This document shows, piece by piece, positions 1 through 11,659 of a stretch of 64,000 nt of DNA. How positions within the stretch are numbered: the first letter of the stretch is position 1; every line of letters begins with the position of its first letter. The notes under the pieces were generated by a model. That model was not told where the DNA came from, searched no databases, and saw only the letters and a program-made list of their open reading frames with translations. The position numbers and the translations under genes are program-made. Source of the DNA: Massalongia carnosa (lineage: Eukaryota); contig OZ287073.1 in assembly GCA_965645245.1 (NCBI GenBank), forward strand, positions 2,232,001 to 2,296,000, in the 5' to 3' direction.

Positions 1-261
1 ACCTCAAAGCAGGCTGGAAAGGGATTTAAAATATATAGTCTTTGTCAGAATAACTACTTGATATCTTTTTTGTTTGCCTCCAAAGTTAGTATCTTTCTAA
101 AAAATTAAACCTCATTTTCCCTTTTTGATCTCTGAATCGTGATCTCTTTCGGACAAAAATTCCATGAAACCTTGTGTTTTTGCTGTAAAAACCCTCTGTT
201 TTCTGTCGCTTTTCCCAACATAAACTGCAATGATTAACACGTATCAGGTCACAAAAATCAG

Positions 262-461
262 TATGGAGATCTGAGAGATCATAGGATGGGTTGAAGTAGA
301 GACTGAGTTTATTGAACTACTGAGCTCGATAGAGCAGAATATATAGCTCAAATGATAACTAAGTACACATGTGAAAGGGGACATACAGAGGACATGTGAA
401 AGGGGACATGTCGAGTACATGTGATCGAGCATGTGAAAGAGTGAGATTATTCCGGCTGATA
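262..461 (-). repeat. 3' LTR of copia 1
   Basis: Direct repeat of 11660-11859. Confidence 0.95.
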
Positions 462-583
462 CACCCCCCCAGGTTGCAGAGAGTAGTAGCGAACGGAAAG
501 CTGTAAGGCATGCGAACAAAACGAAGGAGATGAAAAGCATTCGTGGAGCGTATGAGCGATTACGACGTGAGTAATGATCATTG

Positions 584-2371
584 TCAAGTATCAGTGGAAG
601 TGGGATAAGGCTGTGAGACGTTGCGTTGATCGCCGATATCCTCAAGACTGAGCTGGGCCATGAAGACAGCGTGGTTCTGTCGCGAAAGGATCTTCGTGAA
701 GCCGTCGGCTGGCATCTGATTTGTTTTTATCCATTTCACGTTGATCTCATCGCGTTGGACGGCTTGACGGAGCCACATCTGATGGATGTCGACGTGCTTG
801 AGTTTCGTCTGAAGCTTCTCAGTAGTCTTGTTGACTACTCCGACCGTTTGAGCGTTGTCACAGTAGATCGTGGGCTTGATGTCGGGATCGAAGTCAAGTT
901 GCTTGAAGAGATTGTTCCACCAGATGAGCTCGGAGCCTGTGCGAGAAAGAGCGTAGAGTTCGGCCTCAGTGGTGGATTTGGATACCGTGCGTTGCTTGGT
1001 TGCCTTCCAGTCAATTGGCAGCTTGAAGAGTTTGAAGATGTATCCATCAGAGCTGGCTCTAGAGACAGGATCGTCGGCAAAGGAAGCGTCAGAGGCACCG
1101 AAAAAGCGTGGTTCAGTGAAGGCGAGATCTAATTCATCGTCCTCGGAGTGAGGAGCAATCCAGGAGTGGCTTTCGTTGATACTTTCGTCAGCGGAGGCCT
1201 TCATGGCGGTAGTGTACGTTTTCCAGAGGAAGCGCCATGACTGAGTGATCTGGCCGAGGTGCTTCGGGCCAGGAAATGTGAGGTAGCGTGAGAGTACGCT
1301 GTGGGACTTGGAGACGTCAGGTCTTGTTTGAGCTGACAGGAAGCCAAGGGAGCCAACAAGTTCTTGATAGACAGCTTGTAGCTTAAGGTCAATGGGGCCG
1401 ATGAAGGGCTCAAGCTGTTCATCACTCATAGGACAGTCTGGGAGAGAGGTGACACCTTTGAGCAGGTCGTACTTCTTCACCACTTGTTCGATGAATGAGT
1501 CCTGAACAAGCCACGTGTGCTTGAGATCGTTGCTGCGTACGACGCGGATGCCGAGAAACCAGTTGAGTTGACCCATAGAGCGGAGCTTGAAGCGGTCTTT
1601 GAGACGCGATTCGAAGTTCTTGTGAGCATGGAGTCGGCTGGGATGAACTAGTACAACGATATCGTCGACGTAGAAGAAGACGATGAGGTCGTTGCTGACG
1701 AACAGGCAGGGCGTGTTGGGGATCGGACGTAATCCCATCTCAGCGAGAGACTTGGTGAATGTGCTGTACCAGAGTTGTGGAGCGTCGCGGAGGCCGTAGA
1801 GGGCTCGTTTGAGACGGAGGATCCGGCCGAGCTGGTCGACAAAGCCTTCAGGCGTGTGGACGTAGACTAGTCGGTCAAGCAAAGCGTTCAAGAAGGCGTT
1901 CATGGCATCGTACTGATACATGAGCAGCCCAAAGCGTGTGGCGAGTGCGATAAGAGCGCGGAAAACTCGAGTAGCAAGCGTAGCTGCGTAGGTCTCACCC
2001 TATTGTGTTTGGAGGTCGCCTCGCACGACGATTCTGGCTTTAGCCTTCGCGAAGTAGCCGTTCGCATCGAACTTATAGGTGAATACCCACATGAGAGGGA
2101 GCACTTCTGCCATCGCGGTGTGTACCGTGACGTCAGTGCGCTCGAAGCAACCCATTGAGAGGCAGTTATCGATTTCTACCTGCTTAGAGAGTCGAAACTG
2201 CGAGCCGATTGGATGCTTGTCAAGGTCCTTGACGCGCTTCGGAGGAGACGGAATCTCCGTACGGTGGATCTTAGTGTTCAAGCTGGCTGGAATTGAGGCA
2301 GGAGTCCGTTGAGTACGGAGCATAGCAAATACACTTGGATAGTACGCAAAATGAGCGCCACGAGGAGGACG
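584..2371 (-). pseudogene. copia 1 reverse transcriptase/RNase H
   Basis: WVFTYKFD..KARIVVRGDLQ, RALYGL, FYVDD, SDASFADD, TTEAE and KHVDIH motifs. In-frame TAG at 2000-2002. Confidence 0.92.
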
Positions 2372-2619
2372 TCCACTGTTGAAGTGAATTGTTGATCACT
2401 ATAGTGCATGTACGAATATTTAGAAGGAATAGTTTTGATTAATTCTATCGTGGGTGCTTTTGAGCACCCACATCGGCTAAACTACCCTAGGCCCATTCCG
2501 GCCAAGCAGTCACCAACTGCCTGACACTTGTCCGTTAGGCTAATGTTTAGCGTAACATCAACACTCCCACTCAGGCATGGTGTCTGCCTTGGTTGATGCT
2601 ATTCAGAAATTGCCCTGCC

Positions 2620-5600
2620 CTACCTCATGCCCATCATGGCCCTAAAGGCCTGGAACCTTGCTGGTGGTAGCGGCTTTGTCATCCCATCTGCTATCATTTC
2701 ATTCGTTGAAATGTATGTGATGATTATCTTTCGGTCTAGTACAACTTCCCTTATCCAATGATGTCGTACGTCAATATGCTTTGTTCGTTTATGGAACTCT
2801 GGGTTAGCGGTAAGGTCAATCGCCCCCTTGTTGTCTGCTCGGAGGTCTGCTGGTTGGTCAGGTCGTCTGTGCCCGAGGGCCTCGAGGAAGCGAGAGCACC
2901 ATAAGGCCTCCTTCCCTGCTTCAGTGATCGCCATATACTCAGCTTCGCATGAAGACAGAGCGACGGTCGGTTGTTGTTTTGATTGGTGAGAAATTGGACA
3001 GCCCGAAAGCATCCAAACGTACCCACCGGTCGACTTTCTTCCATCTACGGTCCCCGCCCAATCAGAGTCAGTGTATCCGATTAGTTCATCCGGAGAGTCA
3101 GCCGAAAATGTCAGTCCTATGGTCAGTGTCCCTGCTAAATAGCGGAAGATTTGTTTGACTAGCTGTATGTGGGTGGGTCCGGGGTTGCTGCAATAGCGGC
3201 TGAGGACTCCCACAGAATAAGAGATGTCGGGTCGGGTGTGGACTGCTGGCCACATCAGTGACCCAATTGCTGACTGATACCAGGCCACAGTGGCTTTGTC
3301 CGCCACCTGTTTTGAGGGTAGAAGGGAGCTTGCTACTCCCGGATCCATTGGTATGGAGGATTGCTTGCAGTCGGTCATTCCGAAACGGTCCAGAACCTTT
3401 TTGAGGTAGGTTGTTTGACGAAGGATTATTGTTTTTCCAACGTCAACGTCAATTTCCATTCCTAAATAGTGAGAGACGTCACCCAGGTTCGTCATTTTGA
3501 ACCGATCAGATAGTTGTTTTTGTATGAACTCGAGGCGGGGTATGTCTGCCCCAAAGAGTAGTAGGTCGTCCACATATATCGCTATGAATTGCTTCTTGTC
3601 ATCAGAAACAAACACTCCATGATCAAGTTCCAAGCGATGAAATCCTAGTTTCTTCAGGAAATCAACAAGGGTCTGGTACCACACTTGTGGTGATTGTTTC
3701 AGTCCATAAAGTGCTTTGATAAGCTTACAAACTAGGTGCGGTGTCGGGTTGAATAAATGAGGTTGTTCGACAAATATCAGTTCATCCAGATATCCATAGA
3801 GAAAAGCGGTCACAACATCCATATGACGAATGGTAAATCCACGTTTAACTCCTACACCCATCATGGCCTTATATGACATGGGCTTGACTACTGCAGCGAA
3901 GGTGTCGATGTAGTCTAGACCTTCTTCCTGCTTGTAGCCATGAACCACCCATCGTGCTTTGTATTTTAGGATATTTCCATGTCGATCCTTTTTCAGTTTG
4001 AACACCCACCGTCCGGTGATTACCCGTCGGTCTTTTGGTGCTTCGGTCAACTCCCACGTGCCATTTTCGGTATGAGATTCAATTTCGGCCTTCATGGCCT
4101 CCATCCATTTGGGCCAATCAGGCCTAGCCATAGCCTCTTTGAGCGAGAAGGGTTCGTCTGGCCCTTCATTATCAATGTTGTTTGCAAGCATGGTTAGTGC
4201 CTTCATCATATGTATGTGGGATTTTGCCACGTTTTTGCTAGTGAAGTTAGTTCGTTTCGGTAGCCTACCTGGTCCATAAAAAATTTCATCAGGATATTGT
4301 GCTCGTTTGACTGGTGCCCGCTTGGACCTTCTCAATGGAACATGGTCAGAGGTGGAAGAATTGTGGCCTTCCGAGGCCTCGGGGGTCTCGGGGTCGGTGG
4401 CCTCGGCCTCGTGGTTGGTGGCCTTGGGGTCGTGGGTCAGACTATCATAGGGACTATCATAATTTCCCCCTCCATAATTTTCTTCGACATTTCTCCCTTC
4501 TGGCCTTGTTTGTTGTGAATCTCCCACTGAATTTTGGTGTGAATGTTCCGTGTTTGGAGGAGAATCGGGGGGTGTAGGTAGGTGAGGTTTATTTGACCGA
4601 GGGGTGTAATAGTCCTCGGGTTTGTTATTTCCCTCGTCGTCAAAATCGTCTGGATTTCCGAACTGATCATCGTCTGTTTGTGCCCATTCGTCATCAACAA
4701 GCTCGTTTGATTTGTAGGCTTTCCGGTCAAATAGGTTCTTTTCATCAATAGTTACGTCTCTAGTAACATGAACTTTGCCTGTGCAGGGGTCATATATCCG
4801 GTACTGATTGGTGCCTTCATAGCCCACATGGATGCCCTGCCAGGACCGTTCGTCTAGCTTCTTTCGTTTTTCCTTGGGAATATGAACCCAAGCACGTGCA
4901 CCCAACACTCTTAGATGACCGAGGTTAGGCTTTTTGTTGTTTAGTTTCTCATATGGTGTCACCCCGTCCGTGTTAGGACTTCTGTTCTTCAGATAACACA
5001 CTGCTTTGATGATTTCAGGCCATAGGCCCTTCGGTAATTTCATTGCTGATAAGATGGACCGGACTGAACTCATCAGAGTATAATTCAGTCGCTCGGCTTT
5101 TCCATTTTGTTCGGGTGTGTATGGGGCACTGCATTTCCATCTGATGTGTTGTTTCTTAAGATAGTCCTGAAAGGCTTCATTGTCATATTCACCTCCCCCA
5201 TCCGAATGGAGTGCTCCCATCTGCATGCCAGTTTCCTGAGACGTCCATTCGATATATTCCTTTGCCTTCTCAAAGGCCTGGCTCTTTAGCTTCATTGGAT
5301 AAACATGGTACGTTCCAGTGGCATCGTCTTTGAAAGATATGTAGTATTGTAACCCGTTTCTGGAGGCCGGGTATGGGCCTCCCAAATCACTATGGACCTC
5401 TTCCAGGAATTTTGAAGCTCGGGGCATGGGAGTTCGTGACGGCTTACGTTGCTGTCTACCCTTCATGCATGGCCCACAAATTTCCTCTGGGACCGGCCCT
5501 TTCACCTCAATTCCTTCAGCTATTTTCGGAAGTTTTAGGATGTTTCGATAACCAAGGTGGCCCATTCTTTGATGCCAAATTTCAATGGTTGGTTTGATTG

Positions 5601-7077
5601 CATTCACTACTGGTTTAGTGTTTGCGAAGTTCGTCATGGCCTCCGAGGTTTTAATTCGAAGCACATATTGTCGATTGATAACGTCAGCTAGTCCGTGGAT
5701 TTTGTTCTCATGAATTAATTGGGTAGGAACATCCGTACGTCTCAGGAACACCTCAACACCTTTCATTGCAAGGGGAACGGTGCTCAGTAAGTTGTGGCCT
5801 AGGGCAGGTGCCCAGCTTACATCTTTTACTGTCAGGACATTTATTGATCCGTCTTCCTGGACCATGTTTAGGACTACGTCACCATACCCGAAGGCAGGAA
5901 GAACTTGCCCCGAGCCCGTTTGGAACTCATGGTAGTACTCAGTGTAGGTGGTAAAAAAGCCTCGGTTTGAGAAGAAATGGTCGGTGGCCCCAGAGTCTAT
6001 GATTACGTAGGGGTTTGGTTTTGGAATGACTGCGGCCACTGACTTACACGTCAAATGAATGGCCCCCATTCCTTTCTTCTCTTCGACCTCATTGGTCGGT
6101 GTGATCGGTATGATCTTTCTGATAAAGCAAGATAGCCCTTTGGTGGTTGCCTCTGGGGTGGTCGCCTCACTTTCCTGGTTCGTCTTGTTCTTTTTACAGA
6201 ACTTCTTGATGTGGCCACGTTTACCACACCCATTACACTCCGCTTTGTCCATCCAGCAATCACCTTTTCCATGCGTTTTCTTGCACCTGGTGCAGACATA
6301 TGTGTCTTTGCTGTCGGAAGTGTTATTGGAGTTGGAGTTGGAGTTCTCCCCCGGCTTTTTCTTTTTACCGGAGTCCCCACCTTTCTTTCCTTTCTGCGTG
6401 TAGTTCGCGGTTGCTTTGTCCTGATTGGCTAGTCGTAACTCTTCATCCTCCAAGGCCTTTGCTAGGACCTCGAGTGTTGGAAGTTCTGCTTTCTCCCTCG
6501 ACTCATGGCTGAGGATGGCCAGGTAGGACTTGAACTGAGTGTCTAATGAATTTAGGGTATGAATTATGACCGCCTCGTCCATGGTTATTTTTAGGTCACT
6601 TATTTCAGAATTAATGTCCCTAATTTTACTGATGAACTCGGCCACGTTCTTGCAGTCCCGTTGGTGGATGGAGTGCAACTTTCCGAGTGTATTCCATTTT
6701 GATGCCCAATTTTGTAACGTGTATCGCGATTGTAGGTGGTCCCATAGCTCTTTTGGAGTCCATCTAGCGAGTGTGTTTTTGGATAGGAATTCTTTCTGGA
6801 CGGTCTCGGTGCACATTCGCCCAATTTTTGCTACCGTACGGCGCGAGTCATCGTTGAAGTCTTTGATTTTTAGGGACCGCTGGTAAATTCGTTCGGCCCT
6901 TTCTTCATCATCATTTGTGGTCGCTACCAATGTTGGAGGTGGAATAGCCGTTCCTAGAACATGGTCCCATAGCTTAGCTTCCTCCAACGCAAAAGACATG
7001 TCGCGAGTCCATTGCTTGTAATTGGTTGAACCGGTCAGCTTTTTAAAGCTATAATCATACTTTGCATCAGATCCCAT
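2620..7077 (-). CDS. copia gag-pol polyprotein (about 1485 aa from ATG 7077)
   Basis: Single uninterrupted ORF with two zinc knuckles, IIDSGATDH protease, WHQRMGH..C..C, integrase D-D-E (HSDLGG, HSDGGGE, NGKAE), RT YVDD and RNase H YTDSDW..CEAE..ADGMTK. Confidence 0.96.
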   Translation of the reverse strand: MGSDAKYDYSFKKLTGSTNYKQWTRDMSFALEEAKLWDHVLGTAIPPPTLVATTNDDEERAERIYQRSLKIKDFNDDSRRTVAKIGRMCTETVQKEFLSKNTLARWTPKELWDHLQSRYTLQNWASKWNTLGKLHSIHQRDCKNVAEFISKIRDINSEISDLKITMDEAVIIHTLNSLDTQFKSYLAILSHESREKAELPTLEVLAKALEDEELRLANQDKATANYTQKGKKGGDSGKKKKPGENSNSNSNNTSDSKDTYVCTRCKKTHGKGDCWMDKAECNGCGKRGHIKKFCKKNKTNQESEATTPEATTKGLSCFIRKIIPITPTNEVEEKKGMGAIHLTCKSVAAVIPKPNPYVIIDSGATDHFFSNRGFFTTYTEYYHEFQTGSGQVLPAFGYGDVVLNMVQEDGSINVLTVKDVSWAPALGHNLLSTVPLAMKGVEVFLRRTDVPTQLIHENKIHGLADVINRQYVLRIKTSEAMTNFANTKPVVNAIKPTIEIWHQRMGHLGYRNILKLPKIAEGIEVKGPVPEEICGPCMKGRQQRKPSRTPMPRASKFLEEVHSDLGGPYPASRNGLQYYISFKDDATGTYHVYPMKLKSQAFEKAKEYIEWTSQETGMQMGALHSDGGGEYDNEAFQDYLKKQHIRWKCSAPYTPEQNGKAERLNYTLMSSVRSILSAMKLPKGLWPEIIKAVCYLKNRSPNTDGVTPYEKLNNKKPNLGHLRVLGARAWVHIPKEKRKKLDERSWQGIHVGYEGTNQYRIYDPCTGKVHVTRDVTIDEKNLFDRKAYKSNELVDDEWAQTDDDQFGNPDDFDDEGNNKPEDYYTPRSNKPHLPTPPDSPPNTEHSHQNSVGDSQQTRPEGRNVEENYGGGNYDSPYDSLTHDPKATNHEAEATDPETPEASEGHNSSTSDHVPLRRSKRAPVKRAQYPDEIFYGPGRLPKRTNFTSKNVAKSHIHMMKALTMLANNIDNEGPDEPFSLKEAMARPDWPKWMEAMKAEIESHTENGTWELTEAPKDRRVITGRWVFKLKKDRHGNILKYKARWVVHGYKQEEGLDYIDTFAAVVKPMSYKAMMGVGVKRGFTIRHMDVVTAFLYGYLDELIFVEQPHLFNPTPHLVCKLIKALYGLKQSPQVWYQTLVDFLKKLGFHRLELDHGVFVSDDKKQFIAIYVDDLLLFGADIPRLEFIQKQLSDRFKMTNLGDVSHYLGMEIDVDVGKTIILRQTTYLKKVLDRFGMTDCKQSSIPMDPGVASSLLPSKQVADKATVAWYQSAIGSLMWPAVHTRPDISYSVGVLSRYCSNPGPTHIQLVKQIFRYLAGTLTIGLTFSADSPDELIGYTDSDWAGTVDGRKSTGGYVWMLSGCPISHQSKQQPTVALSSCEAEYMAITEAGKEALWCSRFLEALGHRRPDQPADLRADNKGAIDLTANPEFHKRTKHIDVRHHWIREVVLDRKIIITYISTNEMIADGMTKPLPPARFQAFRAMMGMR

Positions 7078-7295
7078 GGCTGCGGTACTGAAATATGATT
7101 GGTTCGGTCGGGTCTGGTCGATCTGGTGCGTCTGCACCGTTTGGTGGGGGGTCGAAGCAAAAGTTGACTGGCTGGTCGACTATTTGCTTGTTTGGGGTCG
7201 CAGGAACGCTGACTGGTTGGTCAGTTACCTGATTAGAATATATTCGTAGTGACTATGTAATTGTAATGCAGGTACGCATCCGGGTTCTCATAACC

Positions 7296-7404
7296 TGTTG
7301 AAGCTTGAGACGGTTGATTGTTCTATAGAGGGAGAAGAGCGGCTAATATACATTCAACTGACTAAGCATAGAAACTTCCAGAACGAGGGCAGTGCAATTC
7401 AACA
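7296..7404 (-). repeat. Internal 109-bp LTR-like unit unrelated to the flanking LTRs
   Basis: TGTTGAA...TTCAACA inverted ends. On the minus strand it is preceded by a PPT (TGAGAGGGAG) and followed by a PBS (GGTTATGAG). Confidence 0.8.
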
Positions 7405-7616
7405 CTCCCTCTCACTGCCATAGGTCTTATTCACCTCGCTGAAGCTATCCCGGCGTCGATGACAGTCTGCTCCCTCTTATGCTTTAGTTCCTGATGTAGC
7501 TCCCTCTGAACCCGAATCCCATCCTTGACTTATTGCCCTTGACAGCCTCACTAAAACCGGCCAAACCACCTTTCACACCTGGGTGGAAATCGGAAAGAGT
7601 GCTGTGGGATTGGTCT

Positions 7617-7962
7617 GTTGCCTACCCGTGCTTAGGACTTCCGTTGCCTACCCGTGCGTAGGTCTTTCGTTGCCTGCGTCGTTGCAGGTCTTTCGTTGCC
7701 TGCGTCGTTGCAGGTCTTTCGTTGCCTGCGGTCGTTGCAGGTCTTGCGTTGCCTGCGGTCGTTGCAGGACTTGCGTTGCCTGCGGTCGTTGCAGGACTTT
7801 CGTTGCCTGCGGTCGTGCAGGTCATTCAGTGCCTGCGGTCGTTGCAGGACTTGCGTTGCCTGCGGTCGTTGCAGGTCTTTCGTTGCCTGCGGTCGTTGCA
7901 GGACTTTCGTTGCCTGCGGTCGTGCAGGTCTTTCAGTGCCTGCAGCGCAGCAGGTCTTCCGT
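7617..7962. repeat. Tandem array of about 13 units of 26-27 bp, each a CCTGC-loop-GCAGG hairpin
   Basis: Unit GTTGCCTGCGGTCGTTGCAGG(T/A)CTT(T/G)C read directly from the sequence. Confidence 0.92.
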
Positions 7963-8228
7963 TACAACATGAGCATTGCACTCATGAGGGAACCGCCGTA
8001 GGTTATTTAGGTAAAGCGCAAAGCCGGACCCATAACCTGTTGAAGTGAATTGTTGATCACTATAGTGCATGTACGAATATTTAGAAGGAATAGTTTGATT
8101 AATTCTATCGTGGGTGCTTTTGAGCACCCACATCGGCTAAACTACCCTAGGCCCATTCCGGCCAAGCAGTCACCAACTGCCTGACACTTGTCCGTTAGGC
8201 TAATGTTTAGCGTAACATCAACATCCAC

Positions 8229-11200
8229 GGCCACGGCCGGTGGGACGTGATCGATCAAGTGGCTGCGAGGGACTTGCACCGGAGCGAGTACGTCGTTCAA
8301 GTACGAATTTACCACCACCAGAGATCTCTTGAGCACGCGGGGCCCTGTTGTGTCGAGGATTGCGAGGTTGAGTGGGTGGCTGGTACATAACTCTACTCGG
8401 ACGGGATGGTTGTTCCAGTACTTGCTGGTCGTTGAACAGCTGTTGATCGAGGAGAGTTTGATCATCTTCCTCTGGTGTGGGCGAAGCCAGAGCCTCGCTG
8501 AGTTCGCTAAGAATGGAATCTTCAGGTAGCTGAGGAGGGCTTGCTGTACCCATCCGAGAAGCGTCAGGAGTAAGGAGCTGCATCTGCTGAGGCGACTTAT
8601 TCGTGCTGGTTGCTCGAGTAGGCGGAGTTGATGGCTGATCAGACGCCTCTGTGGCCAGGGAAAGCTCTTGAGTGTAACGAAGCGTTTGCTCATGCGTGTA
8701 GAGGTCGTCGGCAGTGACTTGTTCCTCAGGCATGGTGAGGTCAAGTACTTCGATTTCTTCTTCAGCAACCTTGGGAGCGTGTAGCTTGTGCTCAAGATCG
8801 TCTTTGTACACGAGATCATGCTTGAAGATAACATCTCGGGTGCGAATGACGAGTCGGCTATGAGGAATCCAAACACGAAAGATGTTTGTCGAATCGTAGC
8901 CAAGAAGGTAGCCAATGTGGACTCGAGAGGACGTTTTGTCGGCTGCGTCGAGGTCGCGATTGAGCATGTACACTCGGCAGCCGATGGGAGCGTAGTGAGA
9001 TATCGTAGGTTTGTAGCCATAGATGACCTCATACGGCGTGCGCCATTGGTTCGAGCGAGTGGGCGTGCTGTTGAGCAGTTGGATGGCCGTAATCGTGAGC
9101 TCGTTGACGAGGTCCTGCGGGAGACCTGAGGCGATTCGAAGGGCGCGAGTACGCGTCATGATCGATTTGCCAGCAGACTCTTGGAGACCTTTGGGCTCAT
9201 CGGTGTCCGCTGGGGTTCGTTCGACCTTCATACCAACATCTCTGAGAGATCTCACATGGCCTTTGGTCCATCCGCGTTCGTTGTCAGATCGAACTACGAG
9301 TACAACATACTTGTAGCCAAATTGACGCTGAATCTTCTCGATGATCCGATAGACTGCAGGGACTATCACCTCCTCTCCGCGGGACGGAAGAGTTTCCCCT
9401 TCGTGCCACTTAGAGAACTGACAGACGGCATGAAGTAGATATTTGTCGCCGTTGTAGCAGGATTGGCCAGTGAGGATAAGCTGAACGATGTCGATAGCAA
9501 TTCGCTCAAACGGTCTTGTAGCTGGGTGCTCTGGTGGGCGGCGAGAGATCTATTCGTTCATCTTCGTCTTGATGCAGTCTTCGCACTCCTTCCACGTGGG
9601 AGCTGAGTCGCCATGAATGAGGCGTAAGCCGTTCACGGCGTCCTCAAGGTGGGCAATGGTGTCGGGCCCTGGATGGGCGTAGAGGTGATGTGCTTGAAGC
9701 GGAGTTACTTCAAAGTCAAGCTTCGGATCACGGGAGGGGCGAGGCGTTCGAGTAGCCATCGCTAAGTGGGGTGGCGTGCTAGACTTGAAGCCTGGATGGG
9801 CGTCGATAAGCCAGTGTCCATTGTTGTACTCAAGGAGAGCAACAGTCTCGTTAGTTTTGGCCCGATAGATCAGGTCGCTGCCTGAGTCGAAGTGGAGGCC
9901 CAGGGATCGACAGCGAGAGAGTCCAAGAATGTTGGAGAAAAAGGTGGGGACGTAAGCGACGTTCGTGAGTCGTATGTTCCGCACGCCTTCAGGAGCGTTG
10001 ATAAGAATCTCAACCGAACCGTACTCAGTGACGGGCATGAGTTGAGAACCAGCATAGATCACCTCTGTGGCACCAGCGTAGTGCGAGTGAATCCATGACC
10101 AAGCCTTCGAGTTGGTGACGTGGATGTTGGAGCCAGGGTCCATAATCCATCGGTTGAAGAAAGCCGGGGGTTCATCAGGTTCATAAGTGGAGAAGGTTCC
10201 CTTCGGCTGCCAGTGCGCAGCGGTATAGCCGTTGAAGGTGGAGATGACACATCATCAAACTGATTTTTGTACTGGATCGAGGACGCTAAAGTAGCGTTGG
10301 AGTATGAGGTGGACCTAGGCGCATTAGCATCGTCAAAGGCCATAGCGTTAGTCGAGGTGAAAGGCTTCACTGAAGAGATATCGGATGAGCGTTGCCGTTC
10401 GCGTTCAGCCGATTCAAGAGCCTTGTCAAAGCGAGTTTTGACGCCTGGACTCTTGCGAGCTTCTTCAAAACGGGCCGATATCGTCCTGTCAGCCTTCCAA
10501 CCTGACGGGCGTTTGGCTGGAACGAGGTAAGGGCAGTCCTTGTACCAATGAGCTACTCCACAGTAGCAATCGCGTGGTGGCTGACGGGAGCGAGAGCCAG
10601 AGCGGTTGAAATGGAGTAGTAAAGGATGGAGATGGGTTCTTAGAAGAAGGACCTCCCTGGTTATCAGACGCAACGCCGAGGGTGGCGCCGAAAGTACCGT
10701 TCTGGTTGGTACTTCCGATGATGCGATAGAACTGACGGAAGTTGGCAATGAGAGTACTCACTTCGGGAGCCGAGGAGACCTTGGACGAGTCGTTGATGAG
10801 GGCGAGTAGTTTGACAAGCTCCTGAGTGGCCCATGTAGTGTGGACGTGCATGACTGAATTGAGGAAGGCCTCCTGTACCTGACCGTCTTTCATCTCCGGC
10901 ATATCTAGAGATTTCATGAGGTCGGTGACACGTAGCCATTCCTGGATCCAATTGTCGATTGATTGGTTGCGAGCTCGGCGAGGGTTACGGATTGCGTCGT
11001 ACGCCTCTTGAATCTCGCGTTTTCGGGTTGGGTCAGAAGGAGCAATGTGAGCGCTCAGAGTGCTGAGGCGTTCCCACACGGTCTTCTTGCCCTTGATGAG
11101 CGCTTGATAGTGGGCAGCAATCGAGCTGTTCATGTTGCTGAACATGGTGTCTAGAGCGTCGCGTTGTCGAATCCACTTGCTGTGTTGGTACTGCCATTGG

Positions 11201-11436
11201 GAGAGCTTGTAGCCATGCATCTTGAGCTCAGCATCTTTGGAGTCTCCAGCAGGGAGGCCAGGATGTATGGGTTCCGTGGGCTCTTCGGGCTGAGTGGCGA
11301 GAGCAGGATTGCGGTACGCCCAAACACTTTTAGCAGTGGCGTAATCCTCATATCCAAAAATCCAGGAGGACCAGTTCTCAGGCTTCAAGAGCACCACAGT
11401 GGTGATCGTCACCTTCTGGTTGACTTGCGCGGACAT
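8229..11436 (-). pseudogene. copia 1 gag-protease-integrase, disrupted
   Basis: Gag ORF 10489-11436, zinc knuckle CYCGVAHWYKDC, protease DPGSNIH, HHCC region and integrase core RSDNERG..GLQE. Frameshifts are present, and a TAG at 9550. Confidence 0.9.
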
Positions 11437-11648
11437 GATGAGATGGAGCGTGATAGACGTCCGAGTAATCTCAACAATTTATGGAAAGCGAGGGAGGAGG
11501 AAGGCTACCACGAGATCAATGTGGGATCATGATAGCGTTAAGGAAGTGGACGAGAGATAGACTATGCAAATAGTCGATAGCAGCAGCAGGAGTGGAAACT
11601 CAGTGATTTTTCTGGAGTGACTGTGGCAGCGCGAGTGGAAGTCAAGGA

Positions 11649-11659
11649 GGGCTCATAAC
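11649..11659 (-). other. Primer-binding site complementary to the initiator tRNA-Met anticodon stem-loop
   Basis: Minus strand GTTATGAGCCC immediately after the 5' LTR. Internal tRNAi-Met priming of this type is known for copia and Ty5. Confidence 0.85.

Larger units (their letters stand above)
2377..8223 (-). mobile_element. Ty1/copia LTR retrotransposon 2, intact gag-pol, nested in copia 1
   Basis: TG...CA LTRs at 2377-2563 and 8038-8223 (one 1-bp indel seen), TSD TCCAC at 2372-2376 and 8224-8228, PPT next to 2563 and PBS next to 8038. Confidence 0.96.

Noticed and set aside
7790..7840. Hammerhead ribozyme in the hairpin array (minus strand CTGAATGA-stem-CAAC-GAAA)
   Set aside because: The core deviates from CUGANGA-stemII-GAAA by an extra base and a 4-nt insert, and no convincing stems I/III or cleavage triplet are present.
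7583..8048. Cys-rich or repetitive short ORFs
   Set aside because: These are translation artefacts of the 26-27 bp tandem array.
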